DNA of 64,000 nt from Arachidicoccus sp. (GCA_028283605.1 JAPWKH010000034.1:74464-138463); one strand, 5' to 3'; counted from the first letter of the stretch, positions 19,178 to 29,096 are shown. Numbers and translations are program-made. The notes: generated from the sequence alone by a model not told the origin.

Positions 19178-20221
19178 ATGACTTACCCCACACCGAAAGA
19201 ACTCGGTTATTATTTCCCTGCTGAATTTGAAAAACATTCCGCAACATGGTTGAGTTGGCCGCATAAAAACGAATCATGGCCAGGAACGATTGATAAAGTT
19301 TATCCTTATTATTCGGAGTTTATAAAAACATTGGCACAGAGCGAAAAAGTTTGTATCAATGTTAATAATGAAGCCATGAAATCCTTTGCTATCGGGCATT
19401 TAGAGAACGAAGGAGCAGACTTATCGCAAGTTGAATTTTATGTTCATCCGACAAATGATGCTTGGTGCCGCGATCACGGACCTGCTTTTGTTATTAATAA
19501 AAAAGAAAATAAGAAAGCAATTGTTGATTGGAATTACAATGCCTGGGGAAATAAATATCCGCCTTATGATTTGGATGATGTGATTCCTACTTTAATTGCA
19601 AAGGATTATGACATTCCAGTATTTTATCCGAACATTGTAATGGAAGGCGGTTCTGTAGAATTTAATGGTAAAGGAACGTTGCTTACTTCGACTTCCTGTT
19701 TGCTGAACCCCAATCGTAATCCGCATTTAACACAAAAACAAATAGAAGAATATTTAATAAATTATTACGGAGTAGAACAAATACTTTGGGTAGATGAAGG
19801 TATTGTGGGCGACGATACGGACGGACATATAGATGATACCATTCGCTTTGTAAATGAAGACACGGTTTTAACTGTTATTGAAAAAAACAAGTCGGATGAA
19901 AATTATCATTTGTTGCAGCATAATTTTAAGCAATTACAACAGATGCGCTTGTTGAACGGAAAGCAGTTAAATATCGTGGAATTGCCGATGCCGAACGCCG
20001 TAACCTACAACGGGCAAAGGCTTCCGGCATCATACGCCAATTTTTATATTGCTAATAAATTCGTGATCGTTCCGACTTATCGTTGCAATCAGGATGAAGA
20101 AGCGCTGGATATTATTCAGCAATATTTCCCTGAAAGAAAAGTGGTTGGTATTGATTCTACTGAAATCATTTGGGGATTGGGAAGTTTTCATTGTTTGAGT
20201 CAGCAAGAACCTGAAGTGTAA
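19178..20221 (+). CDS. aguA: Agmatine deiminase
   Basis: PAEFEKH..WLSWP, DAWCRDHGP, EGGS, DDTDGHIDD, ASYANF, GLGSFHCLSQQEP; ATG at 19178. Confidence 0.92.
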   Translation: MTYPTPKELGYYFPAEFEKHSATWLSWPHKNESWPGTIDKVYPYYSEFIKTLAQSEKVCINVNNEAMKSFAIGHLENEGADLSQVEFYVHPTNDAWCRDHGPAFVINKKENKKAIVDWNYNAWGNKYPPYDLDDVIPTLIAKDYDIPVFYPNIVMEGGSVEFNGKGTLLTSTSCLLNPNRNPHLTQKQIEEYLINYYGVEQILWVDEGIVGDDTDGHIDDTIRFVNEDTVLTVIEKNKSDENYHLLQHNFKQLQQMRLLNGKQLNIVELPMPNAVTYNGQRLPASYANFYIANKFVIVPTYRCNQDEEALDIIQQYFPERKVVGIDSTEIIWGLGSFHCLSQQEPEV

Positions 20222-20230
20222 AATATTTAA

Positions 20231-21166
20231 GTGAACAATTTTCTTTCTACTATATATAAAACTATTCTGCTTTACTGTATATGCTTCGCAGTATTTCATG
20301 TTTCTGCGCAAACGCAGCATTACAGCGAGTTGCAGATTACGAGCGACAACGACAGCTATACACTTCGTGGTAAGGACGGTTATTATACAAACGGATTAAA
20401 TATTGCTTTCCGTTGGAGAAATAAACGCAATCCGTCTTCAAGTACAATTCGTTCTGTCTCGATTGGACAATTAATGTATAATGCCAAAAACGGCAGCTAC
20501 AGTGAATTGTATGAATTGGACCGACCGGTAACTGCATTTCTTTACGGTGCATATACACAAACTAATTTTACAAAAAAAGAAAATGTGTTGCAATGGAATA
20601 TAATGCTTGGAACAATTGGTCCGCCTGCGTTTGGGCGTCAAATGCAGGAAGCGATTCATTCAACATTAGGAATGTATAAACCCAGAGAATGGGACTTTCA
20701 GTTAAAAACAGAAGTTGGTGTTAATGGCAGTTTTAAATGGTCGCCGCAATTGAAAAAGATAGGTAGCGCAGCAGATATAAAACCTATTATAAGTGCGACG
20801 GTCGGAAATACTTTTACTAATACAAACTTAGGTGCAGCCTTGCTTTTGGGGAAATTCAACAGCAATTCATCATCTGTTTTCTGGAATGCAAATTTGAACA
20901 GCAATCAGAAGGAATCTTTCTTTTATGCGTATCCGCAAATTATTTTCAAAGCTTACGATGCAACAGTTCAGGGCGGTTTGTTTATCAATGATAAAGGCCC
21001 ATATGTGGGAAGATTGAATCGCGCCGTTTTTCGTCCGCAAATCGGTTGGATGTATTCCAACGGAGGATTCTTATTGAATCTTGCTTTGTTCTATGAAAGC
21101 AAAGAATCGCTTACGCAAATTGAATCACAGTTTTACGGAAGGATAAGTTTGGGATTTTTATTTTGA
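20231..21166 (+). CDS. Lipid A deacylase LpxR-like outer-membrane protein (DUF2219-like)
   Basis: Signal peptide, SDNDSY, DGYYTNG, GQLMYN, DRPVTAFLY, GTIGPPAFG, GNTFT, terminal F. Confidence 0.7.
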   Translation: MNNFLSTIYKTILLYCICFAVFHVSAQTQHYSELQITSDNDSYTLRGKDGYYTNGLNIAFRWRNKRNPSSSTIRSVSIGQLMYNAKNGSYSELYELDRPVTAFLYGAYTQTNFTKKENVLQWNIMLGTIGPPAFGRQMQEAIHSTLGMYKPREWDFQLKTEVGVNGSFKWSPQLKKIGSAADIKPIISATVGNTFTNTNLGAALLLGKFNSNSSSVFWNANLNSNQKESFFYAYPQIIFKAYDATVQGGLFINDKGPYVGRLNRAVFRPQIGWMYSNGGFLLNLALFYESKESLTQIESQFYGRISLGFLF

Positions 21167-21168
21167 TT

Positions 21169-21193
21169 TTGTTATAACAATGTAATAACTTTG
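21169..21193 (+). promoter_or_regulatory. mazEF operator palindrome plus -7 promoter element
   Basis: Perfect palindrome TTGTTATAACAA (21169-21180), half-copy TGTAATAAC, and TAACTTTG (21186-21193). Confidence 0.6.
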
Positions 21194-21212
21194 TTTAAAT
21201 AAATTATTTATT

Positions 21213-21467
21213 ATGCTATTGACAAAAATCAGGAAGATAGGAAACTCCGCCGGCATAATATTGAGTAAGGAAACGCTGAAACATTTGGATATGCAGGAGT
21301 TTGTAAGTGTAGATATCGAAAAAGGTAAGATTGTTATTTCGCCCGTTAAAAGAAATCCGAGAGAAAATTGGGAAAAACAACTTTTGAATGCTGGGGCGAA
21401 AAATGATTCCGATAAAATGCTTGATAATATTTCCAACCAATTTGATCAGGAGGAATGGACATGGTAG
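21213..21467 (+). CDS. mazE: AbrB/MazE family antitoxin
   Basis: KIRKIGNSAGIIL swapped-hairpin motif, KIVISP, RENWE. Confidence 0.88.
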   Translation: MLLTKIRKIGNSAGIILSKETLKHLDMQEFVSVDIEKGKIVISPVKRNPRENWEKQLLNAGAKNDSDKMLDNISNQFDQEEWTW

Positions 21468-21781
21468 CAAAGCGTTTCGACATTTATTTTGTAGAGCTTG
21501 ACCCAGCGCAAGGAAGCGAGATAAATAAAACGAGACCGTGCGTAATTATTTCTCCGGATGAAATGAACAGAGCGTTAAATACAGTGATTGTTGCACCTCT
21601 AACTTCAACAATAAAAAATTATCCCACTCGCATAAACTGCGTGGTTGCAAAAAGAAAAGGACAGATTGCGCTTGACCAAATACGAACGATTGACAAAAGC
21701 CGTTTGAAAAGCAAACTCACTTCTTTATCAAAAAATAAACATCAAGAAATAACTGATATACTTATAGAAATGTTTAAATAA
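21455..21781 (+). CDS. mazF: PemK/MazF family mRNA interferase toxin
   Basis: LDPAQGSEINKTRPCVIIS, VAPLTS, DQIRTIDKSRL; start could be 21461. Confidence 0.92.
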   Translation: MDMVAKRFDIYFVELDPAQGSEINKTRPCVIISPDEMNRALNTVIVAPLTSTIKNYPTRINCVVAKRKGQIALDQIRTIDKSRLKSKLTSLSKNKHQEITDILIEMFK

Positions 21782-22829
21782 TTTTATCAAACCGTTTAAC
21801 ATCCGCTTCCACATCAATTGAAGTGTCATATAAAATATGTTGTGTTAATTGTTTTGCATAATACGGCGCGAGCGAACAGCCTTTGGTTCCCATGCCGTTT
21901 AAAATTCCTATTTGCAAATTTTTTTCATGTAATCCCACAAATGGCCTGCGTTCCGTATTTGCCGGGCGTAAAGCAGCTAAATGATCGACAACTTTATAAG
22001 GAAGTTTCAGATGATCTTTTAAATAATTTTCAACTTTGGTTTTGAAAGCAGCAGATGCATTTACACTTTCATAATTCCATTCATAAGTGGAACCTATCCA
22101 AAAAAAATCGTCTTTAAAAGGAACGATGCTGAATCCTTGCTTATATATAAAATCTCTCGGCAAATCAGGTATAGAAACAATCAAAGCCTCGCCTTTGTTA
22201 AAAGCAAAAGGAAGATGATTGAAATAAGAATTATTTATTGAATTAATACCATCGCAAAAAATAATTTTCCTGGCCGAAATATTCTTATAGTTTACGCCGT
22301 CATTCTTTATGGTTAATTCATTAATGTCAAAACTCGCAGCTGATAAGCATTGCAAACGGTCTATGTAATTTCGATATTGTATTAATAATGTTTGTAAATC
22401 GATACAATATGCCGGATGAATTTCTCCGATTCCAAAATCAAACTCAAAATATTTCTTCCATAAATTTTCCTCTTTGCAATGATGCAAATAAGCTGTGTCT
22501 TTTTCTTGCAATCTTTTCTCAAACGCTTGTTGCATTTGCATGGAAGTATGAATGTCAAGTACAGTAATTTCTTTAATAATATTTTCTGCTCTTATATCAT
22601 TACTGATTTGTTCATAAGCATTTTTTGCAAAAGGCATTAGCTCATCAATCTTCCATGTTTTTACGATTCTTCGTCCCGTTACAGGATTAATAACACCGCT
22701 TGCAACGCGCGATGCACTGTTGTAAATATTATTATCAATTACCCAAACCGATTGTTTTTCTTTTATTAAATAATAACTGAGAAATGTTCCGCAAATACCT
22801 TGCCCTACAATGATATAATCTACCTGCAT
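21774..22829 (-). CDS. FAD-dependent oxidoreductase (DAO/MnmC C-terminal-like)
   Basis: IIVGQGICG, ASRVASGVINPVTG, KGEAL, ALRP, NGMGTKG. Confidence 0.8.
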   Translation of the reverse strand: MQVDYIIVGQGICGTFLSYYLIKEKQSVWVIDNNIYNSASRVASGVINPVTGRRIVKTWKIDELMPFAKNAYEQISNDIRAENIIKEITVLDIHTSMQMQQAFEKRLQEKDTAYLHHCKEENLWKKYFEFDFGIGEIHPAYCIDLQTLLIQYRNYIDRLQCLSAASFDINELTIKNDGVNYKNISARKIIFCDGINSINNSYFNHLPFAFNKGEALIVSIPDLPRDFIYKQGFSIVPFKDDFFWIGSTYEWNYESVNASAAFKTKVENYLKDHLKLPYKVVDHLAALRPANTERRPFVGLHEKNLQIGILNGMGTKGCSLAPYYAKQLTQHILYDTSIDVEADVKRFDKII

Positions 22830-22835
22830 GAAAAC

Positions 22836-23789
22836 TTATTTGATAATTTTGAAACACCATCTTTTTAATTTTCCTTCAAAGTCAAACGGCGTTGTGGCTT
22901 TGGTGATGTCTTTTATTTCTGACGCTTTAATGTTTTCTTTATCTAAAATAAATTTTGTATAATTTGTACTAAAATACAAAATGCCTTTTGCAGACAATGC
23001 ATGCATAACGTCATTGATTAATTCTGTATGATCGATTTGTATATCTAAAATATCTTTCATTCTTTTACTGTTACTGAAAGTAGGCGGATCCATTATAACT
23101 AAATCGAAACTTTCAGGTTTCAGTGTCTTTAAATATTGTTTTACATCCGCATGAACGAACTGATATTTCTTTTTATCCCGCTGTTTATTAATATTAAAAT
23201 TATCTTCCGCCCAACCTAAATATGTTTTAGACAAATCAACCGATACCACGCTCGAAGCACCAGCTGATGCGGCATACACAGAAAAAGAACCCGTATAGCA
23301 AAATAAATTTAAGACACGTTTGTTTGTCGATTCATCACGCACCATTGCACGCGTAATGCGGTGATCGAGAAACAATCCGGTATCCAGATAATCGGTAAGA
23401 TTTACACGAAATTTCAATCCGCTTTCTTCCACATTAAAAAAATGGCTTTCTGTATTTAGCTTTTCGTATTGCGCTCCGGATTCCCGATGCGACATTTTGC
23501 GGCGCTGACGAATGAAGATTTTTTCCTTATCTGTTTCAAGGATTTTTGCAATTATATTCAAGCAGTCTTCCAGCCATTGCTCATGTTCGTCATCTTCCAT
23601 TCCATGCCGCCGCAGATACTCGGCAAGATAAATTTTGTCGGCATAAAACTCAATCGCGAAAGGGAATTCAGGCAAGTCGTGATCATACACTCGCCAGCAA
23701 GTTATATTTTGCCTGCGCGCCAGTTTGCTTCTGTGCTTATACACTTTCTGCAATCGGTTTTCAAACATTTGCAATTTATCATTCATCAC
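22836..23789 (-). CDS. Class I SAM-dependent methyltransferase (RlmK/RlmI-like)
   Basis: RVYDHDLPEFP, YLDTGLFLDHR, LNLFCYTGSFS, DLS..YL.WA..N, MDPPTFSNSK. Confidence 0.85.
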   Translation of the reverse strand: MMNDKLQMFENRLQKVYKHRSKLARRQNITCWRVYDHDLPEFPFAIEFYADKIYLAEYLRRHGMEDDEHEQWLEDCLNIIAKILETDKEKIFIRQRRKMSHRESGAQYEKLNTESHFFNVEESGLKFRVNLTDYLDTGLFLDHRITRAMVRDESTNKRVLNLFCYTGSFSVYAASAGASSVVSVDLSKTYLGWAEDNFNINKQRDKKKYQFVHADVKQYLKTLKPESFDLVIMDPPTFSNSKRMKDILDIQIDHTELINDVMHALSAKGILYFSTNYTKFILDKENIKASEIKDITKATTPFDFEGKLKRWCFKIIK

Positions 23790-23889
23790 TCAAAGTAAAA
23801 ATTAAAAAGTCAAAACAAGAACTAAATTTTATGATTGTATCACAACTGGTAAATATTATCTTTGAAATATTATTATAAATCTTTAAGCA

Positions 23890-24663
23890 ATGGCAACAAA
23901 AAAAGCAGTAAAAAAAGCTGCACCTAAAAAGGCAGTAAAAATCGCGTCAGAGAAATTTAATACTAATAAAAAAATAGAGAAAATATTATCCATAGACATT
24001 GGCGGTACACATATCAAAACTTCTGTATTAAACACCGATGGGAAATTGCTGAGTGAATATAAAAAATTGCCAACGCCACTGAAAGCTACGCCAAACGCGG
24101 TTTTGAAGACAATTGAAGAATTGGCAAAAGGTTTGGAATTTGATGTTATTTCCGCAGGATTTCCAGGTTATGTAAGAAACGGAATAATTCATACAGCGCC
24201 AAATCTCGGCACAGAATATTGGAAAGGATTCGAAATAGAAAAGGAATTGACTAAAATTTTTTCAAAGCCTGCACGTGTAGTAAATGATGCAGATATGCTG
24301 GGCTTGGGCGTGATGGAAGGCAAAGGATTGGAAATGGTCGCAACATTGGGAACTGGATTCGGAACCGCATTGTTTAATGAAGGGAAATTACTGCCTCATT
24401 TGGAATTGGCGCATCATCCTATAATAGGCGCGAAAGATTACGATAAAGTGATAGGAGATAAGGCGCTGAAAAAACTTGGTAAAAAGAAATGGAATAAAAA
24501 TCTGGAATACATCCTTTCTATAATCAAAGTCGTTGTTAATTATGACACACTTTTTCTTGGCGGCGGCAATGCGGAAAAAATAAATTTTAAGCTGGATAAA
24601 AATATAAAAATCGTTACCAATATCGAAGGCATCGATGGCGGTGCGAAACTGTGGAAGCAGTAA
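23890..24663 (+). CDS. ROK family sugar kinase (polyphosphate glucokinase-like)
   Basis: IDIGGTHIK, VVNDAD, TLGTGFGTALF, LELAH; TATCTTTG -7 element at 23857-23864. Confidence 0.8.
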   Translation: MATKKAVKKAAPKKAVKIASEKFNTNKKIEKILSIDIGGTHIKTSVLNTDGKLLSEYKKLPTPLKATPNAVLKTIEELAKGLEFDVISAGFPGYVRNGIIHTAPNLGTEYWKGFEIEKELTKIFSKPARVVNDADMLGLGVMEGKGLEMVATLGTGFGTALFNEGKLLPHLELAHHPIIGAKDYDKVIGDKALKKLGKKKWNKNLEYILSIIKVVVNYDTLFLGGGNAEKINFKLDKNIKIVTNIEGIDGGAKLWKQ

Positions 24664-24675
24664 CTTTGCAGCTAT

Positions 24676-26481
24676 ATGACTTCTCAGGAATTTCAGGAAA
24701 TAGCTAAAACCATTCCGAACCATCCGGGCATTTATAAATATTTCGATGATAGCGGTGCGCTTATTTATGTCGGCAAGGCAAAGCATTTGCGCAAACGCGT
24801 AAGTTCATACTTTAATAAAAACGTAAGCAACTTTAAGACTTATGAACTGGTACAGCGAATTGCGCGGATCGAGTTTACAATTGTAGATACTGAACAAGAT
24901 GCTTTTTTGTTGGAAAATTCTTTAATCAAACAATTCCAGCCGAAATATAACATCATGCTGAAGGATGATAAAACTTATCCATTCATCGTGATAAAGAAAG
25001 AACCTTTTCCGCGCATATTTCTTACCCGCAGAAAAATCAAAGACGGATCAGAATATATTGGCCCATTTACATCTGTTTGGCGTGTGCGTGAAATTTTGGA
25101 TTTTGTAAAAGAAAATATTCCGTTGCGTACCTGCAAACTGAACCTTACAAAATATAATATAGAAAAACATAAGTTCAAAGTTTGTCTGGAATATCATCTT
25201 GGTAATTGCAAAGGTCCTTGCGAAGGATTTCAAACTGCGGAAGATTATGCAGAATCCATTCAGCAAATCAGGCAAATCGTAAAAGGAAATTTGTCGCCGT
25301 TGATGCAGCATTTTAAAAAAGAAATGCAGGAATACGCCGCTGATATGCAATTTGAAAAAGCAGAGCTGATAAGGCAAAAAATTGCAGCTTTGGAAAATTA
25401 TCAATCCAAGTCGATCATTGTAAGTGCGCATCTCGGAAGCCTTGATGTATTCTCTATTTTGAAAGAACATGAAACGGCTTATGTCAATTATCTGATGGTT
25501 GAAAATGGCACAATCGTTCACACGCACACAGTTGAATTACAAGCACAGATCGAAGAAACGGAAGAAGATGTATTGCTTTTTGCCATTGCGCGATTGCGAG
25601 AACAGTTTAACAGCCTGGCAAAAGAAATCATTGTGCCGCATGAAATAGATTTTCCCGATAATGACATAAAAATTTCCGTGCCCAAAAGCGGTGATAAAAA
25701 GAAGTTGCTGGATCTCTCGGAGAAGAATGTCAATTATTTCAAAGAGGAATTGCGCAAGAAAAAAATATTAAATCTGGAAGGTCAATCCGAATCGGATAAG
25801 AATCGCGTGCTGGTGCAGATTCAGGGGGATTTATCGTTGCCGCAGTTGCCCGTACATATCGAGTGTTTTGATAACTCCAATTTTCAGGGATCATATCCCG
25901 TTTCGGCAATGGTTTGTTTCAGAAACGGTGTGCCGAGCAAAAAAGATTACAGGCATTTTAATGTAAAAACCGTGGAAGGAATCAATGATTTTGCGACGAT
26001 GAAAGAAGCTGTTTATCGCCGGTACAGCCGGCTGCAAAAAGAAAGTCTGGCTTTTCCTCAACTCGTAATTATTGATGGAGGAAAAGGACAATTAAGCTCC
26101 GCAATGGAAGCATTGCAGGAATTGAATTTAACAGGAAAAATGACTGTTATAGGCCTTGCTAAAAACGAAGAAGAAATATTCTTTCCCGGCGATACGCAAT
26201 CGATCAAACTTGACTGGGATAGTGAATCTTTAAAATTAATCAGAAGGATCAGAGATGAAGTGCATCGTTTCGGGATTACATTCCATCGCAACCAACGCTC
26301 CAAAGGAACTTTCAAAAATGAATTGGAAGAAATCGACGGCATCGGTGAAGCCACAGCCAATCAGCTTTTGAAACGCTTTCGTTCCATTAATCAAATCAAG
26401 CAATTAACCGAAAGAGAACTTACAGCAGAAATCGGCGGCAGCAAAGCCGCCAAAGTGTGGCAATATTTTCATCAAGGATAA
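24676..26481 (+). CDS. uvrC: Excinuclease ABC subunit C
   Basis: GIY-YIG (GIY..IYVGKA), IECFDNSN, IIDGGKGQ, RDEVHRF, HhH tail; TAACTTTG at 24661-24668. Confidence 0.97.
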   Translation: MTSQEFQEIAKTIPNHPGIYKYFDDSGALIYVGKAKHLRKRVSSYFNKNVSNFKTYELVQRIARIEFTIVDTEQDAFLLENSLIKQFQPKYNIMLKDDKTYPFIVIKKEPFPRIFLTRRKIKDGSEYIGPFTSVWRVREILDFVKENIPLRTCKLNLTKYNIEKHKFKVCLEYHLGNCKGPCEGFQTAEDYAESIQQIRQIVKGNLSPLMQHFKKEMQEYAADMQFEKAELIRQKIAALENYQSKSIIVSAHLGSLDVFSILKEHETAYVNYLMVENGTIVHTHTVELQAQIEETEEDVLLFAIARLREQFNSLAKEIIVPHEIDFPDNDIKISVPKSGDKKKLLDLSEKNVNYFKEELRKKKILNLEGQSESDKNRVLVQIQGDLSLPQLPVHIECFDNSNFQGSYPVSAMVCFRNGVPSKKDYRHFNVKTVEGINDFATMKEAVYRRYSRLQKESLAFPQLVIIDGGKGQLSSAMEALQELNLTGKMTVIGLAKNEEEIFFPGDTQSIKLDWDSESLKLIRRIRDEVHRFGITFHRNQRSKGTFKNELEEIDGIGEATANQLLKRFRSINQIKQLTERELTAEIGGSKAAKVWQYFHQG

Positions 26482-26628
26482 TTGGTGTTTTATTTACTGC
26501 ATTGAGGCATTTAATTGAAATAATTTTTAATTATAAAGGTAAACGTGTTGAGAATTGCAACTATAAAAAAAACATGCTACACATTTAATCGATGCAACGA
26601 TCAGAGTTCCAACTTCTCTTATTAGTAT

Positions 26629-26636
26629 TATCTTTG
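26629..26636 (+). promoter_or_regulatory. -7 promoter element of gltX
   Basis: TATCTTTG 8 bp before the ATG. Confidence 0.55.
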
Positions 26637-26643
26637 CCCGACT

Positions 26644-28164
26644 ATGGACAAGAAAATCAGAACACGCTTTGCGCCGTCGCCAACGGGCGGTTTGCATCTC
26701 GGCGGCGTACGCACGGTACTTTTTAATTATTTATTTACGAAGCAAAATAATGGTGAATTTATTTTAAGAATTGAAGATACAGACCAAACGCGCTTTGTGG
26801 AAGGTGCGGAAGAATATATTAATGAAACGCTTGCGTGGTGCGGCTTACAACCTGATGAAAGTCCTGTAAAAGGTGGTCCTTACGCACCTTACAGACAGAG
26901 CGAGCGTAAAGAAATTTATCGTAAATACGCGGAAGAATTAGTAGAAAAAGGTATTGCTTATTATGCTTTCGATACACCGGAAGAACTGGATACGAAGCGT
27001 AAAGAAATTCCGAATTTCAAGTATGATTTATCGACAAGAAATTCATTGAATAATTCTTTGACTTTGAGCGATGATGAAGTAAAAGAACTGTTGGATAAAA
27101 ATACACCGCACGTAATTCGCGTAAAAATGCCGGAAGAAAATGAAACCGTTTCTTTTGTAGATTTGATTCGCGGCGAAGTGCATTTCAACACTTCCGAATC
27201 GGATGATAAAGTTCTGTTGAAAGCCGACGGAATGCCGACTTATCATTTGGCGGTTGTGGTAGATGATTATTTGATGAAAATAACGCAAGCTTTTCGCGGC
27301 GAGGAATGGCTGCCGAGCGCACCGGTGCATGTGTATTTATGGAAGCATTTATTTGGCATTGAAAATATGCCGCAATGGGCGCATTTGCCGTTGATTTTAA
27401 AACCCGACGGCAACGGAAAACTCAGCAAACGCGATGGCGAACGTTTGGGCTTTCCGGTCTTCGCGATGAACTGGACAGATCCTCGTACAAACGAATCCAC
27501 GCAAGGCTTTCGCGAGCGTGGCTTTTTACCCGAAGCATTCGTAAATATGCTTGCCGTGCTCGGTTGGAATGATGGAACGGAACAGGAAATTTATTCGATG
27601 GATGAATTGCTGGAAAAATTTTCCGTAGAAAAAATTCACAAAGGTGGCGCAAAATTCAGTTATGATAAAGCGCTTTGGTTCAACCATGAATGGATTAAAA
27701 AATTATCGGCAGAAAAGTTATTGCCTTACATAAAAAATGTTTTCGCGGAGAAAAATATTGTTGTAAAAGATGATGCGGTCTTATTGAAAGTGATTGACTT
27801 GGTAAAAGAACGTTGCACTTTGTTGCCTGACTTTGTTGAACAATCATCTTTCTTTTTTCAATCGCCTGATACGCTTGATATTGCTTCCGTTCTGCCGAAA
27901 TGGAACGAACATAAAAATAATTTTTTTATAGAATTAATCCGTTCTTATGAACTCGCAACAGCGTTCGATGCAGAAACATTGGAGCATTCATTTAAAGAAA
28001 TGGCAGCAGCTTCCCAACTGAAACCGGGAGAATTAATGCTGCCTTTCCGCATTATGTTGGTCGGTGGAAAATTCGGTCCGCATGTGTTTGATATTGCAGC
28101 TGTGTTGGGGAAAGAGGAAACGGTTAAGAGAATAAAACGAGGACTTTCGATTTTAGAAAATTAG
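26644..28164 (+). CDS. gltX: Glutamate--tRNA ligase
   Basis: RFAPSPTG.LHLGG (HIGH-like), LRIEDTD, YRQSER, RGEEWL, KLSKR. Confidence 0.97.
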   Translation: MDKKIRTRFAPSPTGGLHLGGVRTVLFNYLFTKQNNGEFILRIEDTDQTRFVEGAEEYINETLAWCGLQPDESPVKGGPYAPYRQSERKEIYRKYAEELVEKGIAYYAFDTPEELDTKRKEIPNFKYDLSTRNSLNNSLTLSDDEVKELLDKNTPHVIRVKMPEENETVSFVDLIRGEVHFNTSESDDKVLLKADGMPTYHLAVVVDDYLMKITQAFRGEEWLPSAPVHVYLWKHLFGIENMPQWAHLPLILKPDGNGKLSKRDGERLGFPVFAMNWTDPRTNESTQGFRERGFLPEAFVNMLAVLGWNDGTEQEIYSMDELLEKFSVEKIHKGGAKFSYDKALWFNHEWIKKLSAEKLLPYIKNVFAEKNIVVKDDAVLLKVIDLVKERCTLLPDFVEQSSFFFQSPDTLDIASVLPKWNEHKNNFFIELIRSYELATAFDAETLEHSFKEMAAASQLKPGELMLPFRIMLVGGKFGPHVFDIAAVLGKEETVKRIKRGLSILEN

Positions 28165-28179
28165 TTAAAATTAATTATT

Positions 28180-28230
28180 GTGAATAAAAAAATAGCCATT
28201 ATCGGCGGAGGAAATTTAGGTTCTGCAATT
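28180..28230 (+). pseudogene. proC: Duplicated 5' fragment of proC (17 codons)
   Basis: 47/51 nt identical to 29097-29147 and encodes the same MNKKIAIIGGGNLGSAI; then runs into REP DNA and stops at TGA 28273-28275. Confidence 0.85.
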
Positions 28231-28400
28231 CAATATCAGGCGTTCCTAACGGAACGAGATAAATATGTTGATTGATTTTTCTACCAATCAAAATCTCCCG
28301 ATGGGACAAGCAAATTTATAGATTGTGCAATGCTCCATAGGAGCATTTGGTTGGTAGAATTAAGGATGCAAAGTTTCGTTCCTAAGGAACGGTTGATATA
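28231..28400. repeat. Cluster of four REP-like hairpins arranged as two nested inverted pairs
   Basis: CGTTCC-taac-GGAACG (28241-56), TCCC-gat-GGGA with TTCTACCAAT tail (28279-306), AATGCTCC-ata-GGAGCATT with TGGTAGAA tail (28329-59), CGTTCC-taa-GGAACG (28377-91). Confidence 0.8.
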
Positions 28401-28414
28401 CAATATCCAAAGCT

Positions 28415-28873
28415 ATGTCGAACAGTTATTCGCAAATTCACATACAATTTGTATTTGCCGTTAAATATAGGACGGCATTAATAAGCAATGAATGGAAAGA
28501 AAGATTATATCAATATATCACGGGGATTTTTCGACAAAACAAACACAAAGTTTTACAAATAAACGGAATGCCGGACCACATACATATTTTTATAGGAATG
28601 CGTCCGCATCAGTCTATTTCCTCATTGATACAAAATGTCAAAACAGAAAGCAGTAAATGGATTAAAGCACAAAAATTATCGCCGTCATTCGCGTGGCAGG
28701 AGGGTTATGGCGCTTTCTCGTATTCAAGAAGCCAAATAAATAATGTGGTTCATTATATTCAGAACCAGGAAAAACATCATAAGAAAGAAACGTTTTTGGA
28801 TGAATATAAAAAATTCCTGACGGCTTTCGAAATTGAATGGGATGAAAAATATATTTTTAAGCAATTGGAATAA
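28415..28873 (+). mobile_element. tnpA: IS200-family Y1 HUH transposase (TnpA / REP-associated tyrosine transposase-like)
   Basis: HIQFVFAVKYR, GMPDHIH (HUH), WQEGYGAFS, catalytic YIQNQEKHH; no tnpB; REP-like hairpins immediately upstream. Confidence 0.9.
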
Positions 28874-29096
28874 TGGCTTGATCAATTACTTTACAGAAAA
28901 GAAGAACAATAAATATTTCTTCCCTGAGAAACAATTAAATTGAATAATAAAATAATAATTATAAATAATTTTCGTCCCGAAACTATTGATTGGAAAAATG
29001 TGGTAGAAGAAATATCCCAGGTATAGTAGTTTATCTCACAAAACAAAATAAAACACAGGTGCAATGGTTTTAATTATTGACTAAATATATCTTTCA

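Noticed and set aside
28231-28400. CRISPR array
   Set aside because: The units are not identical direct repeats, they occur in both orientations, spacing is irregular, and there are no cas genes in the window.
28415-28873. IS605/IS607-type element with TnpB (RNA-guided nuclease)
   Set aside because: No tnpB or RuvC/Zn-finger ORF follows; only 223 bp of AT-rich DNA separate it from proC.
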